Source: Auanema rhodensis | Taxonomy: Eukaryota; Animalia; Nematoda | NCBI GenBank assembly: GCA_964057225.1 | Contig: OZ059894.1 | Location: 5,952,001 to 6,016,000 of the forward strand | Length of the DNA: 64,000 nucleotides | Reading direction: 5' to 3' | Part shown: positions 14,074-26,335 of the stretch, piece after piece | Layout: each line of letters begins with the position of its first letter | Position numbering within the stretch: the first letter of the stretch is position 1 | Made by a program: the position numbers and the translations under genes | The notes under the pieces: generated by a model | The model's input: the letters and a program-made list of their open reading frames with translations, nothing else | Database searches by the model: none | Told to the model about the DNA's origin: nothing

Positions 14074-17000
14074 CTGAAACTAATTATTTAAACAACAAAT
14101 ATTATATTAATACCACGAAAAATACAATTAAAATGTGGAAAAACGGCCAGAACTGCTTAAGTATAAAAGAATTCTTTTGTGTGCTATTACGTCTTCCTGG
14201 GGATGAAGAATTGAAATCTAATTATTAACTAACATTCAGCTTAGATTCTAAAACTTTTAACATACATTGGACAACTAAATCAATGGAATGTACCTTAGAT
14301 TAACGTAAGAAGGATGGAAAAAAGAGATAATTTCCTTTCATGAAGTAGATGGGCATTGTAAAAAATTCTGAGAGTTCAACTCAATCTGAGTACATGAGAG
14401 AAAAAATTAGAAACCAGTGCATTTATAATGATAATACAAGCAAATAATATAAATACAACAACGTATATGTATGAAAAGACATGGAATAAATACATAGAAC
14501 GTCGAATTTTTTTTCTTTTTTCTCCTTTTTAAAGATTGACGTCGCAAACCAACGACTAGGAAGAATGGTGAGTGGCCGATGATGTTGAGAGTCCGCGCAA
14601 AGTTCATTAGGGTGGGGTGAGCAGAAGGAGAAGAACGTCTTCACACGCATTGCCTGTGTAAAGACAGAACCAAAAAAGAAATTCGTTTGCAATTCAATCA
14701 TAACTCGAACATCGAAGACAAAAAATGCGCAATGTCTATTCAAATGTTCTATTGTGTCAGCAAAAAATGAAACATATCTCTTCAAACTTGAAACAAAACA
14801 AAGGAACAATAAAAATAATTCATCTAGCTTAACGCTCAGAAGGCTTTAGATGAAATTACAAAAAAATAAATAAATTCGTAACGTCAACAAAGCAGCAAAA
14901 AAACAAAAGAGGATTCAGGCTCTGCTACTGCTGCTGCACAAATTCGTTGTTTTTGGTTGTCATATTATCCTTTATCCGGTTTAGTAATATGGTGATAAAT
15001 GACAGAAAACGATTGTTGATAGGAATTTGGGAAAGAGCAAGCCAGAAAAAAAGAAAATCAGTTGTTGGCTAGTTGTAATAGCCGAAAAAGAAGCTGTTCA
15101 GCATAGTTGACACCGAAACTACTGAATAGGTGGGCTTTTTGTTCTACCTTGTCGACGGCGACAGCGTTTTTTCTGTTCTTTTCAAGCAATAGGAGGACAT
15201 TGAAGCTTAAAATATCGTGAAAAAAAGACAATGAGCAGAATATGTTATGAGCTTTCAGGATTGCTGTGGAAAGTTTCATTTTTTCCAAATCTTTATTTTG
15301 GTTTTGTCCATGCTTCCAAGCGTCCATTCAAACATTAATATGATTCGGTTGCTCAAAGAAAACATTGGTTTGAATTGGAAAATGAAAGCTTTGTCATACG
15401 CAGTACTAAATACCTTCTTGTAGTAATAGAATTGAAGTTTTTTGTATGAAGATTTCAGAAAAAAAACAGAGAAAGTGCAAACGATTAAAATGCTCGAGGC
15501 TTTCATATAGTAGACATGCTCGTCCGACAATCAGAGTTTTTTAAAGGTAAATTTAAATAAAAAAATGAAACGGTGAAGGAAGTCATGGATACCCAAGAAA
15601 GAGAAGATAATGATGTGGCTTTCACCAGAATGGCTAAAAACAAATAAGGGACAAAGGCAAAAATCCTCCTTTTGGATGAAAATTGACTTGAAAAATGAAT
15701 GGTGAACAAAGAAAGGTGGAATTTATGTTCAGCCAGAAAGCTGGAAACGTCCTTTTAAAAACATTTTTTAGTTGCAAAATAACATTAAAACTACAAAGCT
15801 TTCCAGAAAGAGTCTCCGCTCATTATGGGAACGAAATAACCGAAATTAAGTATGTATGTATGAACTGAGAACAAATTTGTCAATCAAAATGATAAATTTC
15901 TGCAGAAACTCTTGACATGTTCTCTCTAACTACATATATTAAAAGCTTGAACTCTTATGTTTTTTCCGTTAATATGGATTTCCGATTTCTTTAGAAAGAC
16001 TCTCTATATACTGAGTTGTAGCTTTCATCATTTCTGATAATAGAGAGCAAAAGGAATGACTTAATGAGTCGAAAAGAAACAATTTTGTGCTTTGTGATGT
16101 TTGAGACAGCCTTCTGATCACCAATTACTCTGTAAAGTTGAAACCGACTTCACCGATTAAATTAAACATATACAATTGACTTTAAAATTATAACAATTGA
16201 AAAAAACTTGAATCAAAGAGAAATTTGTAAAAAAAAAAGAAGTAAATACTATACAAGCCAAAAAGTCAGATATTAAACTTTTTCACTGGAGGTCTAAGTT
16301 GTAGTAGCACACTGGTGGGATGTTCATGATGCTGCTAAAGGCAGCTCAAATGACATAAATTATAGAATAGTAAGGCAGCTGCCAACAAGTGGCCCAAATA
16401 TGGAGTACTAGAATCATCAAAACTGCATACAAATCGGTAATATTAGATGAACTCGAATATGAAAAAGTTCCAATACAATACATGACGAGGAAAAGCCTAA
16501 GAGAGGAATAAAAAGGTTTTGAGCTCATATCTGCTGTGAAAATTAACTCGATCTAAATGCAGTAACAAGAAAAACTTCCGCGACAAAGCTGAGATACTCC
16601 ATTAGTTTCATCCAAAATATGCGAAAAACAAAATAAATATATGACAACGATGACGAAAAAAAAAGTGAAGGGCGTGAAGAAAAGTTAAGAAGGCTGAAAC
16701 GACAGCATCTGAAACACTGCCATCAGGATAGGACGCTTCGCATCCACATCATACGTCAATGTTGTGAAGAATGCTGTAAGAGGACGTGGGGTTTGGGGCA
16801 AACCACTTGTCGAAAACATTCTTATCGTGATTTTAATAAGCTTTCAGTACTCAAGTTAAACATAAAGATGAAGTAGAGAAAAGAATAATCTTCATGTTTT
16901 TCTGTTTTTTTAGGCATTTAACTGTGATGGAATTATGATAAAACGCTGATTATTATATTGTATATAGAAGATGCGAAATTAGGCAGCTGTTTCAAGATGA

Positions 17001-17555
17001 TTTGAGGACGAAAAGATGATGTGATGAGTGTAATATGAGAGTACCGTGTCATCTAATGAATCGTTCGGAAACAAGTTGTGAGATTATAATTTGAACTTTA
17101 AACATTCTAAGAATATGAAATTTCGTTCAGTTTCCTGATTTCTCAAAATATTGCTATTGCTGCCTCCAAATATGATGGAAGACAATCTCAATTGTATCGA
17201 AAAAGAAAATTTTTCATAAAATCCTGAAGAATGAAGGATGAAACACAACACTTTCACTGAATTGTATATATAATATAATGTCACATGTATTGCTTTCATT
17301 ATATTAATTGTCAATTGAAGTTAACAAACAATTTATTAATATAAACCCAAAAGAAAAAACATTAACTAGTCACAAATTTGTTCGTGACCAACAGGACCAT
17401 TCAGATCTATTTCAATATTCATAGCACTTACTCACTCTTGACAATCATTCATGTGCTGAACCACATGAATTCTATAGGTTCGAAATACCGATTTTTAGCA
17501 CGAAGCCCCCAGAGAGAATAGCTGATGCCTTTCTAAACTATCATACTTTAAGATA

Positions 17556-20500
17556 TCAGTAATCTTCATCTTCGATTTCGAGAATAAGGAAAATATCATT
17601 TCTGTAACGAACGTATACGATAATCTCAACGAAATAAAAATCCATACCCCGGATCATTGACTTATACTCTGCATTTCTGTCAACTACCAAGTGTGACAAG
17701 AGAAAACGTTGAATCTTAACAACTTTGATATTTAAAACAAGCTTATTGTCCCAAAACAAACCACCGAGGCATTCTTTTCATTTACTGCTGTTATGAACCC
17801 ATTATACCAGAAATATCTCCATCTCTCCAAGATAATATTTTTGATATCCTTAAGTCAGTTGTGTTGAGAGAAATCAGGTACTGTGTAACTTACATCTTTC
17901 ACAAGCCAAGGCAGTGGTAACTCAGATGGAATTGCACATACTAATACTAGGAAAAAGTCAAGAGTTTCCACCTGAATCGTGCACATGATTAATGTATCTG
18001 GTTGCGAACCATACCTTATAATTTCCACTAGATTTGTGAAGATTGTGTACACTGGCTAAAACCAAAACAGAACCCAACAAATACTCAATACTTCTTGTAT
18101 ATAGTTGATATCCAAGAGCACGGAGGCAATTGGGACTAAATAAATAAAATTATAAATAATACGTCTTTGGAGGCTTTGTGTTTTTTTACGATAAATGAAG
18201 CTTCTAGTGAAAAAAACTCAGGCAGAAAGGAATTGGTCAGCATTTCAAGAAAATGAAATTAGAATATAATGTGGTAATCCACGTAAACTACATTATTTTC
18301 AGAATTAGTTAACGCAACAATGGTTGATTTAATTTTCAGATTTACATCAAAAAAGTATTTGTCTTACTTTAAGTGAAAGAATGAAAAAAGTTATATTACT
18401 TATGTTGAGAAGCCTCGTATAATAATAATAGCTGGTTGAAATTGATCTCACGTTCACGGCCTGCTTCAATATAAAAATCAAAAATTCTATAATGAAATTA
18501 TATGATTTATTCGCTGAGATTTTTGAAACATACACGCTAATTTGACCTTCATATTGAGGCGCAAGCCCCGTTTGCAATACTATATTATCCAGAGTAGCAT
18601 CACTGTCAAATATTTCAAAAGAGGGCATTTTTTGCCGAATGTAATCATGTATAAACTAGAAAAGCAACTTATATTTTTAGAAAAATGAATTAAGTTACCG
18701 AATTATCTTTGCAGCTTGCTATTGAATCAAGAATATTTTGTTTTTCTCTACTATTTGAAACAGCTATCTCAAGTAGTTTATCAAAAAGATATGTTAACTG
18801 ATCTTCAGTCAAACAAGAGACAACAAATGGAAGATTTTTGGTGTATATAAGGAAAAAACCTTCCGCGGTATTTTTCTCTTTAAGATATCGGTATGACAGC
18901 TTGTATATGACCTGAATGTTTAAATTAGTGGAAATGTTTACCAAACGTGAAAACCATTCTGCTTTTCTCTTGCACAGCTAACTTCAGTATTATCTCTGCT
19001 GTTCCAGGTTCATAGATTATCTGCAAAATTAACAAATAAAGATTCATTGGAGGAATGAAATTTACCTTGTCCAGAACTGAGGCCCAATTCAAGGGAGGTA
19101 AAGTTCGCTTATCACTTCGTTCGATTGGACTTAATGCATGGATTAAACTTTTCACTACACAACATGGAAAAGCTAATTCCCTGGAAATAACATCCTTAAT
19201 TCGTAATTTTGCTTGCATTGCATACATTATCTCGGCTACAACAGATCTAATAGTTGATTTTTCCGATAAGTAATCATAGTTTAAAGGAAGAGATTCAGAG
19301 TTTTGAGGTAATGTACTTCGACAGTACTCAGCAAGTCCTAAAAAGTACGAAGTAATGAAAGTTAAAACAGGGTGCGTTGCCTTCATAAATTGCTTGCTGC
19401 GAAGCATTATCATTGCTCCAGGCACGTTCTATTTTTCTTTTGACCTTATTTTTGAATTCATGACGATAGACTACTGGAAGGTTGGAGCATATATCCAGAA
19501 TACTCTAAAAGAGTACATAGAAAGGTTAGAATGTTTCCTACCCAAAGAACTAACCGTTAAATCTTCAGGAAGAATATTGCCATTATCTTTATCTAACAGA
19601 GAGTCAAGGGATAAACATAGCTCTTTTTTATCTTCAACATACTCACTGAGAAGTGACAATCTTAAAGGGGAAACACCTAAAGAGCTAGCCTTATTGCTGA
19701 TATATGAAAAATTCACAACCTAAGGCTGATCCTAAGGAATATAAGCTATTTCTCGATCCTATGAAATTTGTGGATTTTGACATTAATTTCAGATAACTAG
19801 CAGTAAGGTCGTCATCCTGAGAAATAATTGAATCCAATAATTATTGAAATAGACATTTCATTATTGATATACCGTTGTGAATGGATCGTAGCCGTTTTTA
19901 TTTGAGAACGAGGGAGAATCCGAATACTTAGGGCCTAGTGAGAACCGGGTAAGTATCCAATCGCAAAACTTTGCAACCGCTACGGAATAAGGAGTGTTTT
20001 TCTGAAACTTATAATTTATACTGTAATATTGAATAATAACAAACAACAGCGGTCTGAAAAATTGGATTAGTAAATCCTTTCAGATCATTATCCATAGAAT
20101 CAGTTAAGGGTATAATGAAATGACACGCAGCTACAAACCAAGGCTTCATACCAATATTAAACTCTTTTCGTCGTTCAAGAGGAAGCTGAATAATTCAATA
20201 TAATTTTGCAATAACTTGATCAGAGTTTTACTTCTTTTTCAGCTGCAAAAAGTTCCAAAATCATTGCAGTCAAAAGAAATATAACATTGGTTAAACATAG
20301 CTCAGTCTGGCGTAAAGCTTTTCCACATTCTTCAGTGATTTGATCTCGAGCCCTACAAATATAAAAGTGTTTATAAAACTGAATGGAACAAATTTTATAT
20401 GATCAAACCAAATGAAGTCAGAATTTTTTTCCTTGGTGAGAACATGAAGGCACTCTTTGATAAACATTCTCCAACTTGCCAAATTGTTTACAAAATCTTT

Positions 20501-23306
20501 AACGGTAAATGATCTAGGTTGCGGAACCTTAAACATATTGTTTTAGTTTTGAGAGATAACTTGCACACATTAGTCAAAAGTCGACGAAGTATTCGAAGAG
20601 AATGTGTTTTTCTTCTGTCTTCCGGGCATGATGACACCAAATAAGGCGATAATCCTAATGTAGCTTTCCAAAGCCATGGAGACTGAAATAACACCTCAAA
20701 TAAAAATGAGTGAAAACAATATACCTCATTGTTTGTTCTACATAAGGCATCATACCACGTATTACAAGTAGCTAAAATAGGATCAATATGGAAATATTCT
20801 TTCGTGTAAATGGGTCTTGGTAAATCTTCCACTTCTGCACAGATAACCTTGTGAAGAAGAATTTGATATCCTGAAAATAAATTGAGCATAAGAAACAAAA
20901 AGGCATTCAACCTTCTAATGCAGCAAATTCAACACATTTTCCAATGTTAACCAGATCTTTAGAAGTGATCGAACACGTAACTAATATTTCCTCCAGCTCA
21001 CAATCTCCTTAAGTATGTACTTCCAGCAAATAAGAAAACCGAATTCCAAACCTAAAGCCGCCCAAGCTGATTGACGGATCTCAAGTTTTGCTGCAGATTT
21101 TGTAGATTCGAAAGTTGTTAATGACCACAGTTCTTGAATACAAGAAGTTTTAAATTCCTGAAGCAGTATTCATGTTCATTTGGATCAAAAATCACATCAA
21201 ACTTGGTCAGATTCAGTATCCAAGCTTTTTGAAAGAGCTAGGAAAGAGCAGTATTGAGCGAGCGCAGATTCATTTCCTGGTAAACGAACTCTTTTAGATA
21301 ATTGGACATGTAATGATTTCAAGTCAAGTTCCTATAAACGTATAATTCCTCGTTATTATTGAAACACCAACCTCTTCTACAGATATTTCCACTAAAACTT
21401 TGATAGCTATGCTAAGTACTGGATCATCATGACTGAGATACCTATTCAGAATAGGAAGAAGATCATCGGTTCGATTACTGAAAATGTTTTTAAGAACTCT
21501 AATTAAAACCTGATGTTAAACCTGGAGAGTATAGCATTTTGCAATAAGAGTAGTCGTTCTTCCATTCGTTTTTCATTGTCTCCGTCACTTATTGTTGTTA
21601 AGGGTATAATAACATCGACTATGCTTACATATCTATCAGTTAAAAGTGATGACTCAAATACTATTATAGAGAACACTTACTCCAGAACTAGATTAGTAAG
21701 TACTTTCAAAGATAATGAATCATTAGTCTTCTGTGCTAATAATGCTAAAAACTTAGAAATAGGTTCAATGACATACTAAATAAAAAATAATAAATAAAAC
21801 ACTTGAATTATAAGAAATACTCTTGAGCATGCTATTGCTTCTATACTTTCCATAATCGCTTGCTTATCAACTGTGCAATGTGGCTTAGTTAACAGTAGCA
21901 TATAAAAGTTGAATGCTGCATTTGCCTGAAATTAGTATAAACAAATTTCAAGATATTTTTCACATACTAAACATGGCATTCTCTTGACAATTAGATTCAT
22001 CACCGAAGTTACAAGCCTTGTATCCGAGAACGGTAATAACGCAGCAGCAAACAAAAACATTTCTTCAGAGTAGACTTTTAAGTTCTGAATAAACTACAAC
22101 ATATTATGATGCTTTGCGCACATTACATCTGCTTTAATATGTCGATGCCAAAGTTTCAAATAAGAGGACGGATTATCTTTTGCCAATTTTTGTAATAACT
22201 TATATGTATTCATGCGATTCGAAGTGCTTGACCCACAATCAGTCAATGATACTTGCATGGAATCAATCATAACATTTCTAACCTGTAATAATATTATATT
22301 CATGTTATCATATTGTGTGTGACTCACACTAAGAGCATCCATACTACCAGAATGAATCTTATGAATATCGGCTCTAACACAGAATCATCATTTAAAAGTT
22401 ATATGTAAGCTGGGTAACTCACAATATTTTGGTCATAGACAAAAGAATAGGCAATAACACATAGCTGCGTGGCATATCTTCATCAGCAACAAGATGCGGT
22501 GAACAAAGCAACACTTTAGCTACAGTGAAGGGATCAGAGAAACAAATCTAAGAGAAAATTGTTAAGCACTACTCAATCTCTGATTACCTTGTTGTTCTTT
22601 AAATTTAACTTTGATAGTTGAACCGTAACGTCGTTTTCTTTGGAGTCAAAGTAAAATGAAATTATAAGCTTTGCCTCCTTTGGCACATCATTACAATAAA
22701 GCATAGTCCGTAGACCAGCATCCCATCTAAATATAACATAAATCTTGAGTTAATTTACTCAATTCCTACTTTTCTGAGTTTTCAATATCATTTATTAGAA
22801 TTGAAGCTACTTGAAAAGCCAGTCTAGGCTCTTTCTGTAGAATATGAAGAACGGTTCTAAAACCAGGTCAATTATGATGATACGCTCCAGGCGTAAGTAC
22901 TTAATGGGTTCAAAGCAGTTCAGTGACAGAAACCTCTTTAAGAGCAGATTTTCTGTTTCATCCGACCATTTCAAACGAGAAATTATTTCTTGGAACACTT
23001 CTTGATCTGTGAATATACCTTAACATTCTAGTTTTTACTAAAATAAACTGTAAATTTTAAACCCTCTATGATAAGTGTTGGCAACAATTCATAAGACCAA
23101 GCACTCAATTGTTCTCCAAACAAATGCAAACAGTCAAAAAATAAATTTCTATTCGGGATATGTTTAGGATCTTTTCGTAATAAAGATACTAAAGAGGAAA
23201 AAGCCTGAATGAGAGAAACTCTTGAAAACCAAGAAAAAAAGATAACCTGTGCGTTGATTAGGTTGCTTCCAAATTTAAAAGCAGCACTAATATCAGGCAA
23301 ATCCAT
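17556..23306 (-). CDS. Large helical-repeat protein, focadhesin (FOCAD/RST1)-like, many short introns
   Basis: A continuous chain of Leu-rich helical exons separated by ~40-50 nt introns runs from MDLPDISAAFKFGS (23306) to ...NDIFLILEIEDEDY* (17556). The motif LPPLNWASVL resembles the focadhesin PP(V/L)NWA motif. The family call is from memory, and not all exon boundaries were resolved. Confidence 0.65.
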
Positions 23307-23860
23307 TATTCAATAATTCCTTTTATACTTACTGAAGCAACAGACGAAATATTCGAAGCATAACTAAGATGAACGATTGTTAATAACTTGACTTTCATCA
23401 AAAGCATTTAGTTTTCAATTAGGGTTACAAAATAAAATGTTTTCAGCTACGAATCCAATTATGAAAATATATTTTTTTTAATTTCGTTGAATTGAAAAAC
23501 GTTTTAAAAAAACTACTAGGAAAATACGTATTTAACAAATTTATTTTATTGCGACCAATTTTGAAAATTTTCTTGGGATATTTACGGCTTCAATTTTACA
23601 TCATTTTCTTTTTTTTATTGTGTTTGTTATTCTATTCATTTTTTTTAAATTTAAATTTTTTTCTTGTTTTTTTTTTCAAGTTTAGAATGCTTCGCTAGCG
23701 CTTACATTCACACTTCCATTAAAATTGCATTACTTTTTATTTGTAATGTTGGATTTTTTTTTGCAAGCTTATTACGTTATTTTATTCAGCTTCTCCTTTT
23801 TTTAAAGAAATTTCTATTTTAAAAGCATACGTGATGTGCATGATATTGGATACTGTCCCA

Positions 23861-23903
23861 TTTACGAAATTTCCGCGCTTCGCGTGCGCAAGCGGCGCGG
23901 TCA
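23861..23903. promoter_or_regulatory. GC-rich core of the divergent promoter between the focadhesin-like and bZIP genes
   Basis: A CpG-dense island (TTCCGCGCTTCGCGTGCGCAAGCGGCGCGGTCAC) sits in an AT-rich ~690 bp head-to-head gap, ~100 nt upstream of the bZIP ATG. Confidence 0.6.
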
Positions 23904-23999
23904 CATCTAAAGTATTTCTTTGCCTGCTTGAGCTGTTATATCATTTCAAGCATTGTTGTATTCTGTTTTGCCGATTTCGTCTATTCCGTTATTTGCAAA

Positions 24000-24719
24000 A
24001 TGTTAGTCGACAATTCCAGATCGTCTTCTATTGGGTCTCTGGATAGTGTTTTACTCTCTTCTCATTCTCAGATCAACGAAGACGAACGTGTCATCTTCAA
24101 TTGTGTGGAATACGAAGGGGAACTTCTGAGTAAGTACTTTGGTGAGTCGTACTCCGAAGTGTACCCTGAAAAATCAGCTTGTCCTTCAATCGTTGATTCT
24201 CTTGACGCTATGGATGATTACCAGCCTACCATAGATGATTTCATTAACCCGCCACTACCACCAATCACTTTCGAAGATCCATTTGATACATCATGCCCTC
24301 TGGAAGGTTCTGATTTTCTGTTAAGTGAAGCTGTTAATAATATGGAACCTGTGGAAGAAGAAGATGTAAAGCCCGATGTTAGACCTGTGCCTTCTAAGCC
24401 AGTGCCCGCCGTCTTGGCTCGTGTGGAAAAGGAGAAGCATCGCCGTGGACGCCCTGCCCGGGCTGGAAGTAATTCCAAAATGGCTAACTATGCTCGTCAG
24501 TACCGTGAAATGAAGAAGAACCAGTTGGAGGATTCTATCAAGCAAGTTGTTGAACTTGAAGCTGAGAACCAGGATTTACGTGAACGGTATTCCAATCTGT
24601 ACAAGGGATATCAGAGTCTTCAGGAGGAAGTTAAACTTTTGCGAAACATTCTTTCAAACAACGATATCATCCCTGTGAAGCCAATCTTAACGGACTCTAA
24701 AAAAGTTAAAATATTCTAA
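24000..24719 (+). CDS. Intronless bZIP transcription factor, CREBZF/Zhangfei-like (239 aa)
   Basis: The first ATG is at 24000; the ORF track starts earlier at a TTG. The protein has an acidic N-terminal region, basic region RRGRPARAGSNSKMANYARQYREMKK, and heptad leucines VELEAENQDLRERYSNLYKGYQSLQEEVKLLRNIL, resembling the CREBZF zipper. Confidence 0.85.
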   Translation: MLVDNSRSSSIGSLDSVLLSSHSQINEDERVIFNCVEYEGELLSKYFGESYSEVYPEKSACPSIVDSLDAMDDYQPTIDDFINPPLPPITFEDPFDTSCPLEGSDFLLSEAVNNMEPVEEEDVKPDVRPVPSKPVPAVLARVEKEKHRRGRPARAGSNSKMANYARQYREMKKNQLEDSIKQVVELEAENQDLRERYSNLYKGYQSLQEEVKLLRNILSNNDIIPVKPILTDSKKVKIF

Positions 24720-25486
24720 GTTATTTTGATCTCCAAGTGTTAGACACAAGTAGCAAAAATCCCAAAACTCTTTGTTGATATTGTATATACTTCGTTGTAA
24801 TTTTGCATGTTTTCTATGTATTTATATCGTACATTCTAGATATGGCGCGAGGGTATACTTTCTGATTCAGCTTCGCTGGTCTTGCAATTTTTGGGAGGGA
24901 GCTGAAGCAGATTAATATTTCGGTTGGTGTAATGATAATATTGAAAGTCTCAATGATTGTTTGCTAAGCTATGAGATTTTGTCTCTGATCATTCTCATTG
25001 TTCTGTGGTCAGCCTCACCGGTGATGGAATTGATATGTGTCCTTTTTCAAAGGCACCTCTGTCTTACATGAAGGACTAAGTTTATCTTAGTTACCCTTAA
25101 CACCGGAAAATTTGGCGCTTTAAATAAACGGTACTGTTTTTTCCCAACTTCAAACTTTTTATTATTAATTTTTTTTAGGGGAAAGCAATTTGTAAATTAG
25201 TTGCGTAAAGTATTTTTTGGTTCTCAAGGTTCTGTTTTTGTAAAATCCTGATGAACTTGGATCCGCGTGGAAGAATTTGATTGAGCCCAGCTCCATATCT
25301 AGAATTTGAGTATTGTTAATTTTGTTGAATATACATATATAAATAAAAATATTTTTACATATTTATTTTGTTATATCTCTTGAATATATGATAAGAAAAC
25401 GATCAATATGGGAAATCAGAAACCATTTTAAATTTTGAAATTGGCCGATATTATATTATCGATTTAGTCGGAGGGTTTCGAAAAAT

Positions 25487-25550
25487 CAACGCAACGCGAC
25501 GCTGTGAGACGCGGCGCGGTCTTAAGCAGTGGTCTTTATTTACGAAAATA
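25487..25550 (+). promoter_or_regulatory. GC-rich promoter element upstream of the small coiled-coil gene
   Basis: CpG-rich AACGCAACGCGACGCTGTGAGACGCGGCGCGGTC. It shares GCGGCGCGGTC and TTTACGAAA with the 23861-23903 element. Confidence 0.55.
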
Positions 25551-25673
25551 CGATCGAACCCGGCTACTACGTTGTCATTGTGAAGCTGACGCGACAGTTA
25601 CTGCCTGCGGTTCTTTGTTTCTTACTCTTTCTGGGTTAATATTATTCGCCAATCTCTCCAACTACTATTAGTC

Positions 25674-26335
25674 ATGTCCATCAGATTTCAGCTTGATTAT
25701 CTAGTTCAACCTGACTACTTAGCTTCTCACTCAACGTTTTTGAACGTAAGATGTCTTCTACGTGCACCAATCCAGAATCTACAACAAGGCAAGCTTTTTT
25801 AATATGGACAACAGACTTCGTTAGGCGACGGAATAAGTTTCAACGGAATTATATAATAAAACTCGCCGGTTCGTAATGCTATTGATATAACGCTGTTAAG
25901 TGTTATATCGTACTGAGTTCGGTATTGAAAGCATAGTTATAGCTCGCAAGGTCAAATTGGCTAAAGAAAAGGCCAGACTTCGTTTATGGAAAATTGAGGT
26001 AATCGAGCAAAGGGTCTTTTTCGAAAGATGCCTTCATGTCCAAACGAAATTTATGGAGTAAATTTGAGGTTGATCAGGAGTATGAGAGATTATACAATGA
26101 ATTATTCAAAACAACCCAGCAACTTCGTAATGATAACAAAGTTCTTAGGGCAACTTTTGTGGATATGACTTCAAAGGTACGTTTTTGCTAAGTATGTATT
26201 GCTCATTCTGGATTTTAGTGTGTACAATTAAGCCAGGAGACGAAACATATTCGTTTATCTTTGGAAAGAAAAACCATGATTCGAGATAGAGTTGTTCCTG
26301 ATTGTGATCAATTCGATAGCGAATTTATGGATTGA
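25674..26335 (+). CDS. Hypothetical small coiled-coil protein (~150 aa), not in the ORF track
   Basis: Proposed introns 25746-25775, 25789-25814 (GC-AG), 25869-25900, 25999-26068 and 26177-26218 give an open frame: MSIRFQLDYLVQPDYLASHSTFLNNLQQDFVRRRNKFQRNYIIKLAVLYRTEFGIESIVIARKVKLAKEKARLRLWKIEVDQEYERLYNELFKTTQQLRNDNKVLRATFVDMTSKCVQLSQETKHIRLSLERKTMIRDRVVPDCDQFDSEFMD*. AATAAA lies at ~26639. Confidence 0.55.

Noticed and set aside
23831-24046. ATF4/zip-2-like overlapping uORF on the bZIP gene
   Set aside because: Its ATGs (23834, 23840) lie upstream of the GC-rich promoter core, so they are probably not in the mRNA. There is no ATG between ~23905 and 24000.
24218-24545. Antisense ORFs within the bZIP gene (and similar ones at 19055-19723 and 51408-51670)
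   Set aside because: Shadow frames of real coding exons, with no recognisable protein features.
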